64,000 nt of DNA from Candidatus Aenigmatarchaeota archaeon (GCA_016198585.1 JACQII010000016.1:88932-152931); one strand, 5' to 3'. Positions 53,697 to 63,834 are shown, counted from the first letter of the stretch. Program-made: numbers and translations. Notes: generated by a model from the letters alone, not told the origin.

Positions 53697-56021
53697 TCAC
53701 GCCAGCTGCACGGCAGGCTCTCCCCGCGCGACCTGCTGGACCCCGTGCGTTTCCACAAGCTCTTGCTCGATCGACGCGAACGCCGCGGGGACCGTCAGAA
53801 GCGCGACCGGCGCCTTCAGGGAGAGGCCGCGGTCTTTCTTGGCCTTCCAGATCATGCTATCCAGTTGCAGGAGCTGGTCGGTGGTGAACGGCAGTTTCCT
53901 GGCAGCGGGCGGTTTCGGGAACGGCTGCCCCGTGACCGGGCTGCCGTAGAGTTCGCGATGGAGGTAATCGGTGATGAACGGCGTGATTGGGGAGAGCAGC
54001 TGCAGCAGCGCCCGCAGGCAGGTGTGGAGGGTCTGGATCGCGGCGGCGTCGCCCCGGTAGGCCCGCACCTTGGCCAGCTCGAGGTAGTGCGGCGCGAAGA
54101 CGTTCCAGAGGAACGTGCGGATCGCGGTCGCGGGGACGAAGAAATTCAGGTCGTCGTACCCGGCCTTGCACTGCTTCACCAGGCTGGCGAGTTCGTTGAG
54201 GATCCATTGATCGAGCGGCCGGACTGCTGCAGGTTCCTTGGACTGGAAAGGCGCGATGAACCGGACCGTGTTCCAGAGCTTGGTGAGGAACTTGCCTGCG
54301 CCCACGATCCGGTCTTCAGAGCAGCGGAAGTCTGACCCGAGCGACGTTTCCTGGGCGCACCAGAAGCGGAACTGGTCAGCCCCGTACTTCTCCAGAATGG
54401 GGATCGGGTCGATGACGTTGCCCTTGGACTTGGACATCTTCTCTCCCTTCTCATCGACGCCGTAGCCCATGATCCAGGCCCGTGCGAACGCCCGCTTCCC
54501 CGTCAGCTGGTGGCACCGCAGCAGCGAGTAGAACAGCCAGGTCCGGATGATGTCCTTGGCCTGCGGCCGGACGACTGTCGCGGCGAGCTTGCGGTGCAGG
54601 CCCTTGTCGGTGAAGTAGCCGGTCACCACCAGAGGAGAGATGGAAGAGTCCATCCAGGTGTCGAACGTCCGGTCCTCGCCCACGAAGCGGTCGTTGCCGC
54701 ACTTCGTGCAGGCCGCGAACGGGGCAGTGTCCTTCCAGGGTTGGACATAGCTCCCGGGTGTGGGGAGGTGCGGATGCCGGCAGGCAGCGCAGTACCAGAT
54801 CGGGATCTCCGTCGCGTAGAAGCGGCGCCGGGAGATCGGCCAGTCCATGGTCACCGCAGCGATCCAGTCGAGCAGGATCTGGCGGTGCGCTTCCGGGTGG
54901 AAGCCCATCTCCTGCGCGTACTGTTTCAGGACCGGGAGGAACTCGACCTGCTTGAGGTAGTACTCGGGCATGGCGATGTACTCGATCTCGTGCTTCGACC
55001 GCTCGCAGACCGGCGTCTGGTGGTTGATCTGCTCTTCCTTCGCCAGGACGCCGAGCTTCCGGAGCTCGTCGCTGATGCGCTCGCGGGCCTTCCGGACCGA
55101 GAGCCCGACCAGAGGGCCGGCCTTGTCGTTCATCCTGCCTTCCTCGGTGATGCAGACATCGTAGGGGATGCCCATCTCGCGCAGGAAGCGGACGGCATTG
55201 AGGTCTCCTGCGGAGCGGGACATGTACATGAGGCCGCTCCCGAAGGCTGGGTCGGCGATCGGGTGGGAAATGATGGGAATCTCGAGGTTGTAGAACGGGA
55301 CCAGGGCAGTCTTCCCTTCCAGGGAGTGGTAGCGCTCGTCGCGGGGGTTGAAGACTACCAACGCAGCGGTGCAGAGGAGCTCAGGCCGGGTGGTGGCGAT
55401 GGTGATCTGTTGGCCGGTCTCCTTGACGCGGAACTCGACGTGGTTGAGGAAGGTCGGGATCTCCTTGTAGCCGACTTCATTGTCCGACACCGTCGTCATG
55501 CAGCCCGGACACCAGTTGTTGAGGCGGGAGTCCTCGTAGATCAAGCCGCGCTTCCAGAGGTCGATGAAGGTCGCCTGCGTCCGTGACCGGTATTCAGGGC
55601 TGTCCGTCCGATAGACGTGGGCAAAGTCGCCGGAGAGTCCCATGGTCTTCATGATCGAGAGCATCTCGGCTTCCAGGTCGTCCAAGGCTGTCCTGCATGC
55701 CGCGACGAACTGCTCGCGCGGCGTCGTGTGGAGGGAAATCCCGAGCTTCTTCTCCGTGTACATCTCGACGGGGACACCGTTCCGGTCGATGCCGATCGGG
55801 AAGCGCACATTCCACCCCAGCAACCGGGAGGCGCGGGCGATCATGTCAATCTGCGCGTAATGAGCCGCTGCGCCAATGTGCCAAGGCCGGCCGCTGGGAT
55901 ACGGAGGGGGGGTGTCGATCGTGAGGGTTTTCCCCTTTCTCTCGGGATGTGGCTCGCGCTGCCACCGCTGCAGCATTTCGGATTCGAGGGATTTGCTCCA
56001 AGCCTTCGCGGTCAACTCCAT
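53697..56021 (-). CDS. valS: Valyl-tRNA synthetase
   Basis: IDTPPPYPSG..HIGA, ATTRPEL, DWPISR, DTWMDSS, KMSKSKGN. Confidence 0.93.
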   Translation of the reverse strand: MELTAKAWSKSLESEMLQRWQREPHPERKGKTLTIDTPPPYPSGRPWHIGAAAHYAQIDMIARASRLLGWNVRFPIGIDRNGVPVEMYTEKKLGISLHTTPREQFVAACRTALDDLEAEMLSIMKTMGLSGDFAHVYRTDSPEYRSRTQATFIDLWKRGLIYEDSRLNNWCPGCMTTVSDNEVGYKEIPTFLNHVEFRVKETGQQITIATTRPELLCTAALVVFNPRDERYHSLEGKTALVPFYNLEIPIISHPIADPAFGSGLMYMSRSAGDLNAVRFLREMGIPYDVCITEEGRMNDKAGPLVGLSVRKARERISDELRKLGVLAKEEQINHQTPVCERSKHEIEYIAMPEYYLKQVEFLPVLKQYAQEMGFHPEAHRQILLDWIAAVTMDWPISRRRFYATEIPIWYCAACRHPHLPTPGSYVQPWKDTAPFAACTKCGNDRFVGEDRTFDTWMDSSISPLVVTGYFTDKGLHRKLAATVVRPQAKDIIRTWLFYSLLRCHQLTGKRAFARAWIMGYGVDEKGEKMSKSKGNVIDPIPILEKYGADQFRFWCAQETSLGSDFRCSEDRIVGAGKFLTKLWNTVRFIAPFQSKEPAAVRPLDQWILNELASLVKQCKAGYDDLNFFVPATAIRTFLWNVFAPHYLELAKVRAYRGDAAAIQTLHTCLRALLQLLSPITPFITDYLHRELYGSPVTGQPFPKPPAARKLPFTTDQLLQLDSMIWKAKKDRGLSLKAPVALLTVPAAFASIEQELVETHGVQQVARGEPAVQLA

Positions 56022-56027
56022 GGATCC

Positions 56028-56468
56028 TCACCGCTGGGCGTACTTCTTGAGCAGGCGGTCAGCCTCATCCTTCAGGATCCCGGCGCGGACCTGGAGGCGC
56101 CGACCGATGCCGTTCTGCTCGAGAATGGAGAACGTTTCGGTCACGCCGTACTCCCGGTGCTGGGCCCCGTAGACGACCTTCCCGATCTTGGCGTAGAGCA
56201 GCGCCTGGGCGCACATGAGGCAGGGCTCGACCGTGGTGTAGAGCGTGCAGCCCGTGAGAAAGCGCGATTGCAGCCGGCGGCAGGCGTTGCGGATGGCTAT
56301 CATCTCCCCGTGCTGCGTGGGATCGTTCTCCGACAGGACCTCGGACCAGCCGCTGCCTACGATCTCGCCGTTCTTGATGATGACTGTCCCGGCGGGGTAG
56401 TTGCCTTCGGTGAGGGCTTTGCGGGCCTCTTGCATGGCGAGGCCCATGAACTCCTCATCTTGGTCCAT
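56028..56468 (-). CDS. Zn-dependent nucleoside/nucleotide deaminase (TadA/guanine deaminase-like)
   Basis: DPTQHGE, TVEPCLMCAQA, VYGA. Confidence 0.88.
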   Translation of the reverse strand: MDQDEEFMGLAMQEARKALTEGNYPAGTVIIKNGEIVGSGWSEVLSENDPTQHGEMIAIRNACRRLQSRFLTGCTLYTTVEPCLMCAQALLYAKIGKVVYGAQHREYGVTETFSILEQNGIGRRLQVRAGILKDEADRLLKKYAQR

Positions 56469-56558
56469 GCGAATACTTCACCCATGACCTTAAGAATGTT
56501 GCTGCGGCCGTCCCGGAGATCGGCGGGCTCTTTTTAATCCCGGACGCCAATCCGATGC

Positions 56559-56963
56559 ATGGCTACCATCCGGCAGACCGTCAGCTTCAAGGCCAGCCCG
56601 CACGCCGTGTATGAAGCCCTGATGGACACCAAGCAGCACGCAGCCTTCACCGGCGCTCCGGCCAGGATCAGCCGCAAGGTCGGCGGGAAGATCTCGGCCT
56701 ACGACGGTTGGATCGAAGGCAGGAACCTGGAGCTGGTCAAGGACAAGAAGATCGTCCAGGAGTGGCGCGGCGCAGATTGGCCTTCTGGAGTGGTCTCGAC
56801 CGCTACCTTTTCATTGGCCCGCGCGCCCGGCGGCACGAGGCTGACGTTCGCCCAGACCGGCGTGCCCCGCGAGCAGGCGCAGGCCATCGCCGACGGCTGG
56901 CATGAGCACTACTGGCACCCGATGAAAGCGATGCTTGAGAGGGACGCATCCCATGGACCATAA
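56559..56963 (+). CDS. SRPBCC/AHSA1-like protein
   Basis: VYEALMD, KIVQEWR, GTRLTFAQTGVP, GWHEHYW. Confidence 0.88.
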   Translation: MATIRQTVSFKASPHAVYEALMDTKQHAAFTGAPARISRKVGGKISAYDGWIEGRNLELVKDKKIVQEWRGADWPSGVVSTATFSLARAPGGTRLTFAQTGVPREQAQAIADGWHEHYWHPMKAMLERDASHGP

Positions 56964-57378
56964 GCAGGCAGCGGAGAAGAGAGCGCGAACGTTGCTGCAG
57001 AACAACACGCTCTGCGTCCTGGCGACTGCCACGCTCCGCGGCAAGCCTGAGGCTGCGACGGTCCTCTATGCAGAGGGCCGGGACATGAACGTGTATATCC
57101 AGACCTCATTCGAGCATCGGAAGTATGCGCATCTGAAGGCAAATCCGCAGGCCAGCGTGGTGGTGACCGAGGCCCCGTACACGCTCCAGATGGACGGGAG
57201 CATGCAGGAACTCTCAGGACCCGCCGCCGAAAGGGCTAAGACCCTGCTCATTGCGAAGCGCGGTCCCAGCAGATTCGATGCGTCCCCGCGGGCATACTTC
57301 CGCTTCACGCCGAACTGGATCCGAGTCCTTCTGGATCCGAAAGCGTGGCCTCCCCTCTATGTCGTGATAAAGGGATAG
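56953..57378 (+). CDS. Pyridoxamine 5'-phosphate oxidase-like protein
   Basis: CVLATA..GKPEA, RKYAHLKANPQAS, LQMDG. Confidence 0.8.
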   Translation: MDHKQAAEKRARTLLQNNTLCVLATATLRGKPEAATVLYAEGRDMNVYIQTSFEHRKYAHLKANPQASVVVTEAPYTLQMDGSMQELSGPAAERAKTLLIAKRGPSRFDASPRAYFRFTPNWIRVLLDPKAWPPLYVVIKG

Positions 57379-57429
57379 CTTGCCGTGCCGCGTTGAAGAA
57401 AACAAAAATAAAGAAGAAAAAAGAACCGC

Positions 57430-57810
57430 TTACTTCTTGATGGTCTCCCAGAGGCCGACCTCGTTGCCTTCCGTGTCCACGAAGCGCGCGTAGAAGCCCA
57501 TGTCGCCGACCGTCTGTTTCGGCAGCGTCACCCGGCCGCCTGCTGCCTGGACCTTCTTCAGGTAGGCGTCGACCGACTTGACGTCGATGATCACCACCGG
57601 TCGCTCGCCGCCCTGGCGCTTGAAGAACCCGCCGTTGATCGCGCCCGGTTCCTTGGGCATCCGGGTCTGCTTGTCGACGTCCACCGTCGTGGCCATCCAG
57701 TATGGCATCCCGGGAACCTCGTCCACTTTCCAGCCGAAGGTCTTCTCGTAGAACTTCTTCGCCCGCGCGGGATTGTCCACGGGAATCTCGAAATGCACAA
57801 CCTTATCCAT
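57430..57810 (-). CDS. VOC/glyoxalase family protein
   Basis: VVHFEIP..FY..FGW, GAINGG, DTEGN. Confidence 0.9.
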   Translation of the reverse strand: MDKVVHFEIPVDNPARAKKFYEKTFGWKVDEVPGMPYWMATTVDVDKQTRMPKEPGAINGGFFKRQGGERPVVIIDVKSVDAYLKKVQAAGGRVTLPKQTVGDMGFYARFVDTEGNEVGLWETIKK

Positions 57811-57913
57811 AATTCACCTCCCGTCCTTTTCTCTCCATTCCATGCTATAAAAAGATTGCGGATGCACCGGGCCGGAGGGGCCGCTTGCGGCCCTTGGACC
57901 TGTCTGTGGGCTT

Positions 57914-58849
57914 TCAGAGGGGCATGAGGTCGATCGAGACGTCCTCGAAGATGGGGATGATCTCGTAGTTGTCTATGAGGTCGAACTTGTCCCGCAGGTC
58001 GATGATGAGCTGCTGCAGACTCTCATTGTCCTCTATCCGCACGTGCACCAGGAGGTTCCATACGCCGAACATCCTGACTGCCTGCGTGACCGATTCAGTC
58101 CTTTCGAGGTAGTGGATCAGCTTGTTCTCTCTTTCCTTCGCATAGTCCTTGAAGGAGAAGAGAACGAGGAAGGGCTTCCTATCTTCCGTTCTCATGAACA
58201 TCCGATAGCCGAGGATGACATTCGCCCTTTCCATCGCCTTGACCCTATTTATGATCGTCTTGTAGGATACCTGTTTTTCGCGGGAGATCTCCAAGGACGA
58301 TAATCTGCAATTCTCCTTCAGCTTGCTGAGGATGAAATGGTCGAGGCCATCGATATCTGTATGCTTATCCTGGTATCCGTAGGTCATGGTGTGGTAGTCT
58401 TTGCTGAGAAATTTGTGCCGGTAGACGTAATGATTCAAACCATAGCAACTGGTATAGTTCTTGACCAGCCCGGGAAATCGTGCATTGAACTTTTCCATGA
58501 AGTTGTCGAATGCCGCAAAGTCGAAGACGAATAGCACGACGTGCAGATCGTATGCGCCACCAGTCCGCGCGGACCAGTAGACCCCTTTCTGGCCGCCCAG
58601 GTAGTCAAAGACCTCCTTGCTGGAGTAGGTGCTCGAATTGAACGTGAAAAACACCCTGTAGTGTTCCTGCTTCAGGGCCTTGAGGTTGATGATGGCTCCT
58701 ATTTTCGTGATGCGTTTCTCGACGATCATCCTCCTTATCCGGTAGTCTGCAACCTGCTGGGAAATGCGTAACTTTCTCGCGAGCTTTGCGACCGGCGTTC
58801 GCGGATGGGAGTCCAGTTCAGCCAGAATCTTCGTATCAATTCTGTCCAT
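57914..58849 (-). CDS. Lrp/AsnC-family regulator with duplicated HTH-RAM units
   Basis: DRIDTKILAEL..ADYRIRRM and DGLDHFIL..ENCR..INRVKAME. Confidence 0.85.
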   Translation of the reverse strand: MDRIDTKILAELDSHPRTPVAKLARKLRISQQVADYRIRRMIVEKRITKIGAIINLKALKQEHYRVFFTFNSSTYSSKEVFDYLGGQKGVYWSARTGGAYDLHVVLFVFDFAAFDNFMEKFNARFPGLVKNYTSCYGLNHYVYRHKFLSKDYHTMTYGYQDKHTDIDGLDHFILSKLKENCRLSSLEISREKQVSYKTIINRVKAMERANVILGYRMFMRTEDRKPFLVLFSFKDYAKERENKLIHYLERTESVTQAVRMFGVWNLLVHVRIEDNESLQQLIIDLRDKFDLIDNYEIIPIFEDVSIDLMPL

Positions 58850-58909
58850 GCATGAGTTGGAATATTTTTCTTTAAAAAGGTTCTTATATACAAAAATAGA
58901 GACCCTACA

Positions 58910-58926
58910 TTCCTATAAAATAGGAA
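58910..58926. promoter_or_regulatory. Palindrome TTCCTAT-AAA-ATAGGAA in the divergent promoter region
   Basis: Perfect 7-bp arms between the Lrp gene and the tandem paralogs. Confidence 0.45.
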
Positions 58927-58940
58927 CGCCTATTCTGGAC

Positions 58941-59597
58941 ATGAGAATCAGGGTTCAAAACGTGGAATATGAATTGGGCGGCGGGGATGTACGATCGGGT
59001 GGGGTTGTACGACCGTTTAGGGTGAGTTTTGACACAGGAGACCGATATTTCCGTCTGAAATTATCTGCCACAGGCTCTCTCTACGTCAATAATGAAGGCC
59101 GGTTCTCAGATAAAAGAAAGGGCAAAATGCGGTACAGCGATGATCCAGGATTGAACGATGGTAGTCTCCTCTCAAACCCTTATTTGGAACTAAAGCTCTC
59201 TGATTTCTCCCCACACGAAGAGATGACCGCACACTGGAAGAGTGTTCGTTCACACTTTGTGGAAGATAAGGACTCCTCAGAACCGATACGTGGAAAGTCT
59301 CTTGACAGAAGATTCCCCTCTGAAGGATGTCTCTATGTCGATGGGCATCCATGGGAACAGCACTACAAGCATGGCAGGCATCATTATTATCTAAGAAAGG
59401 ACGGGCTACTGATCGAGGATACAAAGACGATACAGCTTCTGGAAAGAGAGCAGCCTGAGACTGTTCTGGAACTGATGAAATTCATAGCGGCGGCGAGACC
59501 TCCGCGGGAGGCTCTGGAGTCCATTCGTATGAGGAGATGGAAGATGTCGAGCGCTGAGACTTTGAGTCTAGGAGTGGGGAGCAGGCTGGTGTCGTGA
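58941..59597 (+). CDS. Hypothetical protein, tandem paralog 1
   Basis: Start chosen by alignment with paralog 2 (MRIRVQNVEYEL). Confidence 0.75.
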   Translation: MRIRVQNVEYELGGGDVRSGGVVRPFRVSFDTGDRYFRLKLSATGSLYVNNEGRFSDKRKGKMRYSDDPGLNDGSLLSNPYLELKLSDFSPHEEMTAHWKSVRSHFVEDKDSSEPIRGKSLDRRFPSEGCLYVDGHPWEQHYKHGRHHYYLRKDGLLIEDTKTIQLLEREQPETVLELMKFIAAARPPREALESIRMRRWKMSSAETLSLGVGSRLVS

Positions 59598-59603
59598 TAT
59601 CCT

Positions 59604-60272
59604 ATGCAAATCAGAGTTCAGAATGTCGATTATGAATTGAGCGGCGGGATCGTAAGGCCGTCGAGGGTCCACCTTCATGTCGGTGGATTGTATCAATTCA
59701 GCATGAGTCTGACCGGAGACGGTTCACTACATGTAAACAATGGACACCTCATCCCAAAGAAGAGGAAGGGCGAGATACAGTTTGACGACCAGGACTGGAA
59801 TGACGGCAGAGGCTTCATGTGCAACCCGTACCTTGAGCTGCAGCTGTCTGACCTGCCTCCGTTTGAAGAGGTGATTGAACATTGGAGAACCGTTCGCCCA
59901 CACTTCCTAGAGCGGAGACCCTACGGCGTTCCTATGGGTGGCCATATCTCAACAACGTACACCTATCCGGACGGGAGGAGTGTCAGGCGCGACGCAAAAG
60001 GGGACCCGACGAAGCTGATCAGAGGGAGGCCATTTGACACGAGATTCCCCTCCGACGGATGCACGTACATAGAAGGCCATCCGTTTGAACAGCACTACCG
60101 GCACGGCAGGCACGATTACTATCTGGAAAAGGGATCGGTGATGGTCGAGGACGAGAGAACGATCCAAGATCTGGAAGGGGAGCAGCCGGAGGCTGTCCTG
60201 GAGCTGTTGAAGTTCATCTCGTCGGCAAAGACTCCCCGCGAGGCCCTCGAATCGTTCGTTGTTCCGCGCTAG
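59604..60272 (+). CDS. Hypothetical protein, tandem paralog 2
   Basis: Shares NPYLELxLSD, RFPSxGC, GHPxEQHYxHGRH and EQPExVLEL with paralog 1. Confidence 0.8.
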   Translation: MQIRVQNVDYELSGGIVRPSRVHLHVGGLYQFSMSLTGDGSLHVNNGHLIPKKRKGEIQFDDQDWNDGRGFMCNPYLELQLSDLPPFEEVIEHWRTVRPHFLERRPYGVPMGGHISTTYTYPDGRSVRRDAKGDPTKLIRGRPFDTRFPSDGCTYIEGHPFEQHYRHGRHDYYLEKGSVMVEDERTIQDLEGEQPEAVLELLKFISSAKTPREALESFVVPR

Positions 60273-61690
60273 TACGCCTTCGCGAAGTAGACCTGGATCC
60301 CGGGCTTGCCGCAGATCACGCAGTCCTGGGAGATCGGTTCGAACGGAACCACCCGGATGTCGGCCCCGGTCTTGTCCTTGACATGGTCTTCGCATGTCCT
60401 GGACTGGCACCATCCAGCAACGAGGAAGCCCCGCTTCTCCTCGAGCGTCTTCTCGAGGTCTTTGAACGACTGGACATGGTGGGTCTGGTCGGCGAGCAGC
60501 TTCTTCGCGCGCTTCAGGAGGGCGTGCTGGATGTCCTCGAGGATTTCGGCCACCGCTGCATGGAGCGTGGCGAGCGGGACCGCGGATTTGGCGCCGGTGT
60601 CACGCCGGACCAGGACCGCTTGTCGCTTCTCCAGATCCTTGGGCCCGACCTCGATCCGCAGGGGGACGCCCTTCATTTCCCACTCGTTGAACTTCCAGCC
60701 CGGACTGTACCCGTCGCGGTCGTCGACGTGGACACGAACTGCCAGGGTCTCTGCCAGTCGCCGCGCCTCCTTGAGGACCACCGCTTTCGTGTCATCTTTG
60801 AAGATCGGCACGATGACGGCCTGGTACGGTGCCACCGCAGGCGGGAGGATGAGACCCCGGTCGTCGCCGTGCGTCATGACGACCGCGCCGATGAGCCGGG
60901 TGGAGACTCCCCATGAGGCCTGCCACGCGAACTGCCGCTGCTGGTTCTGGTCCAGGAACGCGATATCGAAGGCCTTGGAGAAGTTCTGGCCCAGGTGGTG
61001 GGAGGTCCCCATCTGCAGCGCCCGGCCGTCGGGCATCATGGCCTCGATGCACGTCGAGGTGGCCGCGCCCGCGAACTTTTCCCGCTCGGTCTTCCTTCCG
61101 AGGACGACGGGCACGGCCAGGACCTCCTCCGCGAGCTGCCGGTAGAGCTCAAGGACGGCCAGGACTTCGCGCATCGCCTCGTCCTCGGTCGCGTGGACGG
61201 TGTGGCCCTCCTGCCAGAGGAACTCGCAGGTCCGCAGGAAGAGCTTCGTACTCTTGATCTCCGCGCGGAAGACCGAGTTCCAGTAGTTGTAGAGAATGGG
61301 CAGGTCTCTCCAGGAGCGGACCCACTTTGCGTACGCGTCGTAGATCACCGTCTCGCTCGTCGGCCGGAGGACCAGCCGCTCGTCGAGCTTCCCGCTGCCC
61401 GATTCGGTCACCAGGAACATCTCCGGTGCGAAGCCCTCGACATGCTCTTTCTCCTTGCGGAGGAACCGCTCAGGAATCAGCGCAGGGGCGTAAGCGTTGA
61501 CGTGGCCGGTCCTGAAGAGCATCGCGTTGAACACGGCCTGGATCTGCTCCCAGATCCCGTAGCCGTACGGCCGGATGAACATGAACCCTTTGACCGCGGA
61601 GAAGTCAGCGAGACCGGCCTTGAGCACGGCTTCGTTGTACCACTCGGAGAGGTCGGCCTTCTTGCAGGTGATGCCCTCTTGTTCAGCCAT
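60269..61690 (-). CDS. proS: Prolyl-tRNA synthetase (archaeal/eukaryotic type)
   Basis: RPTSET, FLRTCEFLWQEGH, SWGVSTR, C-terminal AKAY. Confidence 0.96.
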   Translation of the reverse strand: MAEQEGITCKKADLSEWYNEAVLKAGLADFSAVKGFMFIRPYGYGIWEQIQAVFNAMLFRTGHVNAYAPALIPERFLRKEKEHVEGFAPEMFLVTESGSGKLDERLVLRPTSETVIYDAYAKWVRSWRDLPILYNYWNSVFRAEIKSTKLFLRTCEFLWQEGHTVHATEDEAMREVLAVLELYRQLAEEVLAVPVVLGRKTEREKFAGAATSTCIEAMMPDGRALQMGTSHHLGQNFSKAFDIAFLDQNQQRQFAWQASWGVSTRLIGAVVMTHGDDRGLILPPAVAPYQAVIVPIFKDDTKAVVLKEARRLAETLAVRVHVDDRDGYSPGWKFNEWEMKGVPLRIEVGPKDLEKRQAVLVRRDTGAKSAVPLATLHAAVAEILEDIQHALLKRAKKLLADQTHHVQSFKDLEKTLEEKRGFLVAGWCQSRTCEDHVKDKTGADIRVVPFEPISQDCVICGKPGIQVYFAKAY

Positions 61691-61734
61691 AAGGGTACTG
61701 GCATCTTTTTGTACTCCGACATCTTAAATGCGGT

Positions 61735-62337
61735 ATGCAACAGCCCACCCAAGGCGCTGAAGCCGTCCTCACCGTTGAGGGCGGGGATGTGGTCAAGGAC
61801 CGGCAGCCGAAACGCTACCGGCTCCCTGCGCTGGATACGCAGCTCCGGCGCCGGCGCACCCGGGCGGAGGCCTCGATCATGGCCGACGCGGCCCGGGCAG
61901 GCGTCTTGGTGCCGCGCATCCGTGACGTCCAGGAGTCCGTGATCCGCATGGAGCGGATCGCAGGCCCGCGACTGAAGGAGGCGCTGGACGCGCTCCCCGA
62001 AGCAGCTCGGTACGAGGCCGTCCGCCAGGTAGGCGAGACCGTGGCCCAGTTGCACGCCGCAGGCATCATGCACGGCGACCTAACGACCTCCAACATGATT
62101 TATAAGGACGGACGCCTCTATCTCATAGACTTCGGACTGGCAAAGCGGACGGCGAAGGTCGAGGACCTCGCCAGCGACCTCTTCCTCCTCCATGAAGCCC
62201 TCACCGCGAGCCATGTGGCCCTCGGGGAGGCTGCCTGGGAAGGGGTTTTAAAAGCTTATAAGAGAAAATATCCGAATGCCAGCGCCGTGCTGGCCCAACT
62301 GGAGAAGATCCGCAAGCGGCGACGATATAGGGAATGA
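61735..62337 (+). CDS. bud32: KEOPS kinase Bud32
   Basis: QGAEA, KRYR..LD, HGDLTTSN, IDFGL, VEDLASDL, RRRY. Confidence 0.92.
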   Translation: MQQPTQGAEAVLTVEGGDVVKDRQPKRYRLPALDTQLRRRRTRAEASIMADAARAGVLVPRIRDVQESVIRMERIAGPRLKEALDALPEAARYEAVRQVGETVAQLHAAGIMHGDLTTSNMIYKDGRLYLIDFGLAKRTAKVEDLASDLFLLHEALTASHVALGEAAWEGVLKAYKRKYPNASAVLAQLEKIRKRRRYRE

Positions 62338-63044
62338 CTATGGAACGGAGACGTGGCAGAGATCGCAGGCGGGATGACCGCCGACGGGATCGCGAAGAGG
62401 TGAAGCCCTGGACCCCCAGGACTGACCTGGGCCGCGCCGTCCAGAAGGGCGAGATCACTTCGGTCGTGGATATCCTGAACAAGGGCGGGGTCATCCTCGA
62501 GCCCGAGATCATCGACGCGCTCATTCCGAACCTCAAGGAAGAGGTCATCTACATCGGCGGCTCCCCGGGAAAGGGCGGCGGCATCCGACGGACCGCGACC
62601 AAGCGGACCGTCCGCATGCACAAGTCCGGCAGGCGCTACACGCTCTCCGCGGTGGTCGCAGTCGGCGACGGCCTGGGCATCGTCGGCCTGGGCAAGGCCG
62701 CCTCGAAGGAGCACCGCACGGCCCTCGAGAAGGCGACGCTCCAAGCGAAGCTCAACGTCATCCACGTCCGGAAGGGCTGCGGTAGCTGGGAATGCGCCTG
62801 CGGCAGCAGCCACAGCATCCCGTTCCGCACTGAGGCTTCCTGCGGATCGATCCGGGTCGCACTCCTCCCGGGACCGAAAGGCCTCGGCCTGGTGGCCAAC
62901 CCCACCGTCCGCCAGATCCTCAGCCTCGCCGGCATCAAGGACATCTGGGTCAAGACCTCCGGCAACACCGGCGCGCGCGGCAACCTGGTCTACGCGGTGT
63001 TCGACGCGCTGAACAAGCTGAACGGGACCAAGGGGGATATCTGA
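62334..63044 (+). CDS. rps5: Ribosomal protein S5
   Basis: WTPRTDLG, RMHKSGRR, KGCGSWECAC, GPKGLGLV. Confidence 0.95.
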   Translation: MTMERRRGRDRRRDDRRRDREEVKPWTPRTDLGRAVQKGEITSVVDILNKGGVILEPEIIDALIPNLKEEVIYIGGSPGKGGGIRRTATKRTVRMHKSGRRYTLSAVVAVGDGLGIVGLGKAASKEHRTALEKATLQAKLNVIHVRKGCGSWECACGSSHSIPFRTEASCGSIRVALLPGPKGLGLVANPTVRQILSLAGIKDIWVKTSGNTGARGNLVYAVFDALNKLNGTKGDI

Positions 63045-63373
63045 TGTTCGCCATCGTCCGGATCCGGGCCACCGTGAACCGCAACCAGCGAATCGAAGAC
63101 ACCCTGCGGATGCTGGGCCTCCACCGGGCCAACCGCTGCGCCCTCCACCCCGACACCCCCACCGTCCGGGGGATGATCAGGAAGGTTGAGAATTGGGTGA
63201 CCTGGGGCGAGGTCGACCGCGAGCTGGAGAAGACCCTCGAAGCGCGCGGCGGCCGCAACATCCGGCTCCCGCCCCCGTCCAGGGGCTACCGCTCCATGAA
63301 GTTCATGTTCCCGAAGGGCAGCCTCGGCTACCGCGGGGAGAAGATCAACGACCTGCTCCGGAGGATGGTATGA
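63044..63373 (+). CDS. rpl30: Ribosomal protein L30
   Basis: AIVRIR, TLRMLGL, GMIRKV..WVTWGE, RLPPP, INDLLRRM. Confidence 0.93.
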   Translation: MFAIVRIRATVNRNQRIEDTLRMLGLHRANRCALHPDTPTVRGMIRKVENWVTWGEVDRELEKTLEARGGRNIRLPPPSRGYRSMKFMFPKGSLGYRGEKINDLLRRMV

Positions 63374-63834
63374 AGGACGCGACCCTGTGCTACATCATGG
63401 ACCGCGACCGCATCCTGCTGCAGAAGAAGGCCGCGGGCTTCGGCGCAGGCAAATGGAACGCCCCGGGCGGGAAGATCCGTCCAGGGGAGTCGCCTGAGCG
63501 GGCCGCCGTCCGCGAGGTCCAGGAAGAGACCGGCCTCCGCGTGGATGGAATGGAGCAGATGGGCGTCCTCAACTTCCTCGAGAAGGACGGCGACGCCATC
63601 GGCCACTTCTTCACCGTCCACGTCTTCAAGGTCGACCATTTCTCCGGCCAACCCCAGGAGAGCCGGGAAGGCCCGCTGGAGTGGTTCACACAGGACCACC
63701 TCCCCTACGACCAGATGTGGGAGGACGACCGGATCTGGCTGCCGGCTATGCTCCGCGGGGAGAAGTTCCGCGGCGATTTCCTCTTTGACAAGGGGTTCCA
63801 GAAGATGCTGGACCATCACCTGGTGAAAGTATGA
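63370..63834 (+). CDS. NUDIX hydrolase (MutT/MTH1-like 8-oxo-dGTPase)
   Basis: GGKIRPGESPERAAVREVQEETG Nudix box; MWEDDRIWLP. Confidence 0.92.
   Translation: MKDATLCYIMDRDRILLQKKAAGFGAGKWNAPGGKIRPGESPERAAVREVQEETGLRVDGMEQMGVLNFLEKDGDAIGHFFTVHVFKVDHFSGQPQESREGPLEWFTQDHLPYDQMWEDDRIWLPAMLRGEKFRGDFLFDKGFQKMLDHHLVKV

Noticed and set aside
57878-57893. Hairpin gggccgc-tt-gcggccc as a member of the cassette repeat family
   Set aside because: No sequence similarity to the 45501/46202 repeats; probably a local terminator or chance.
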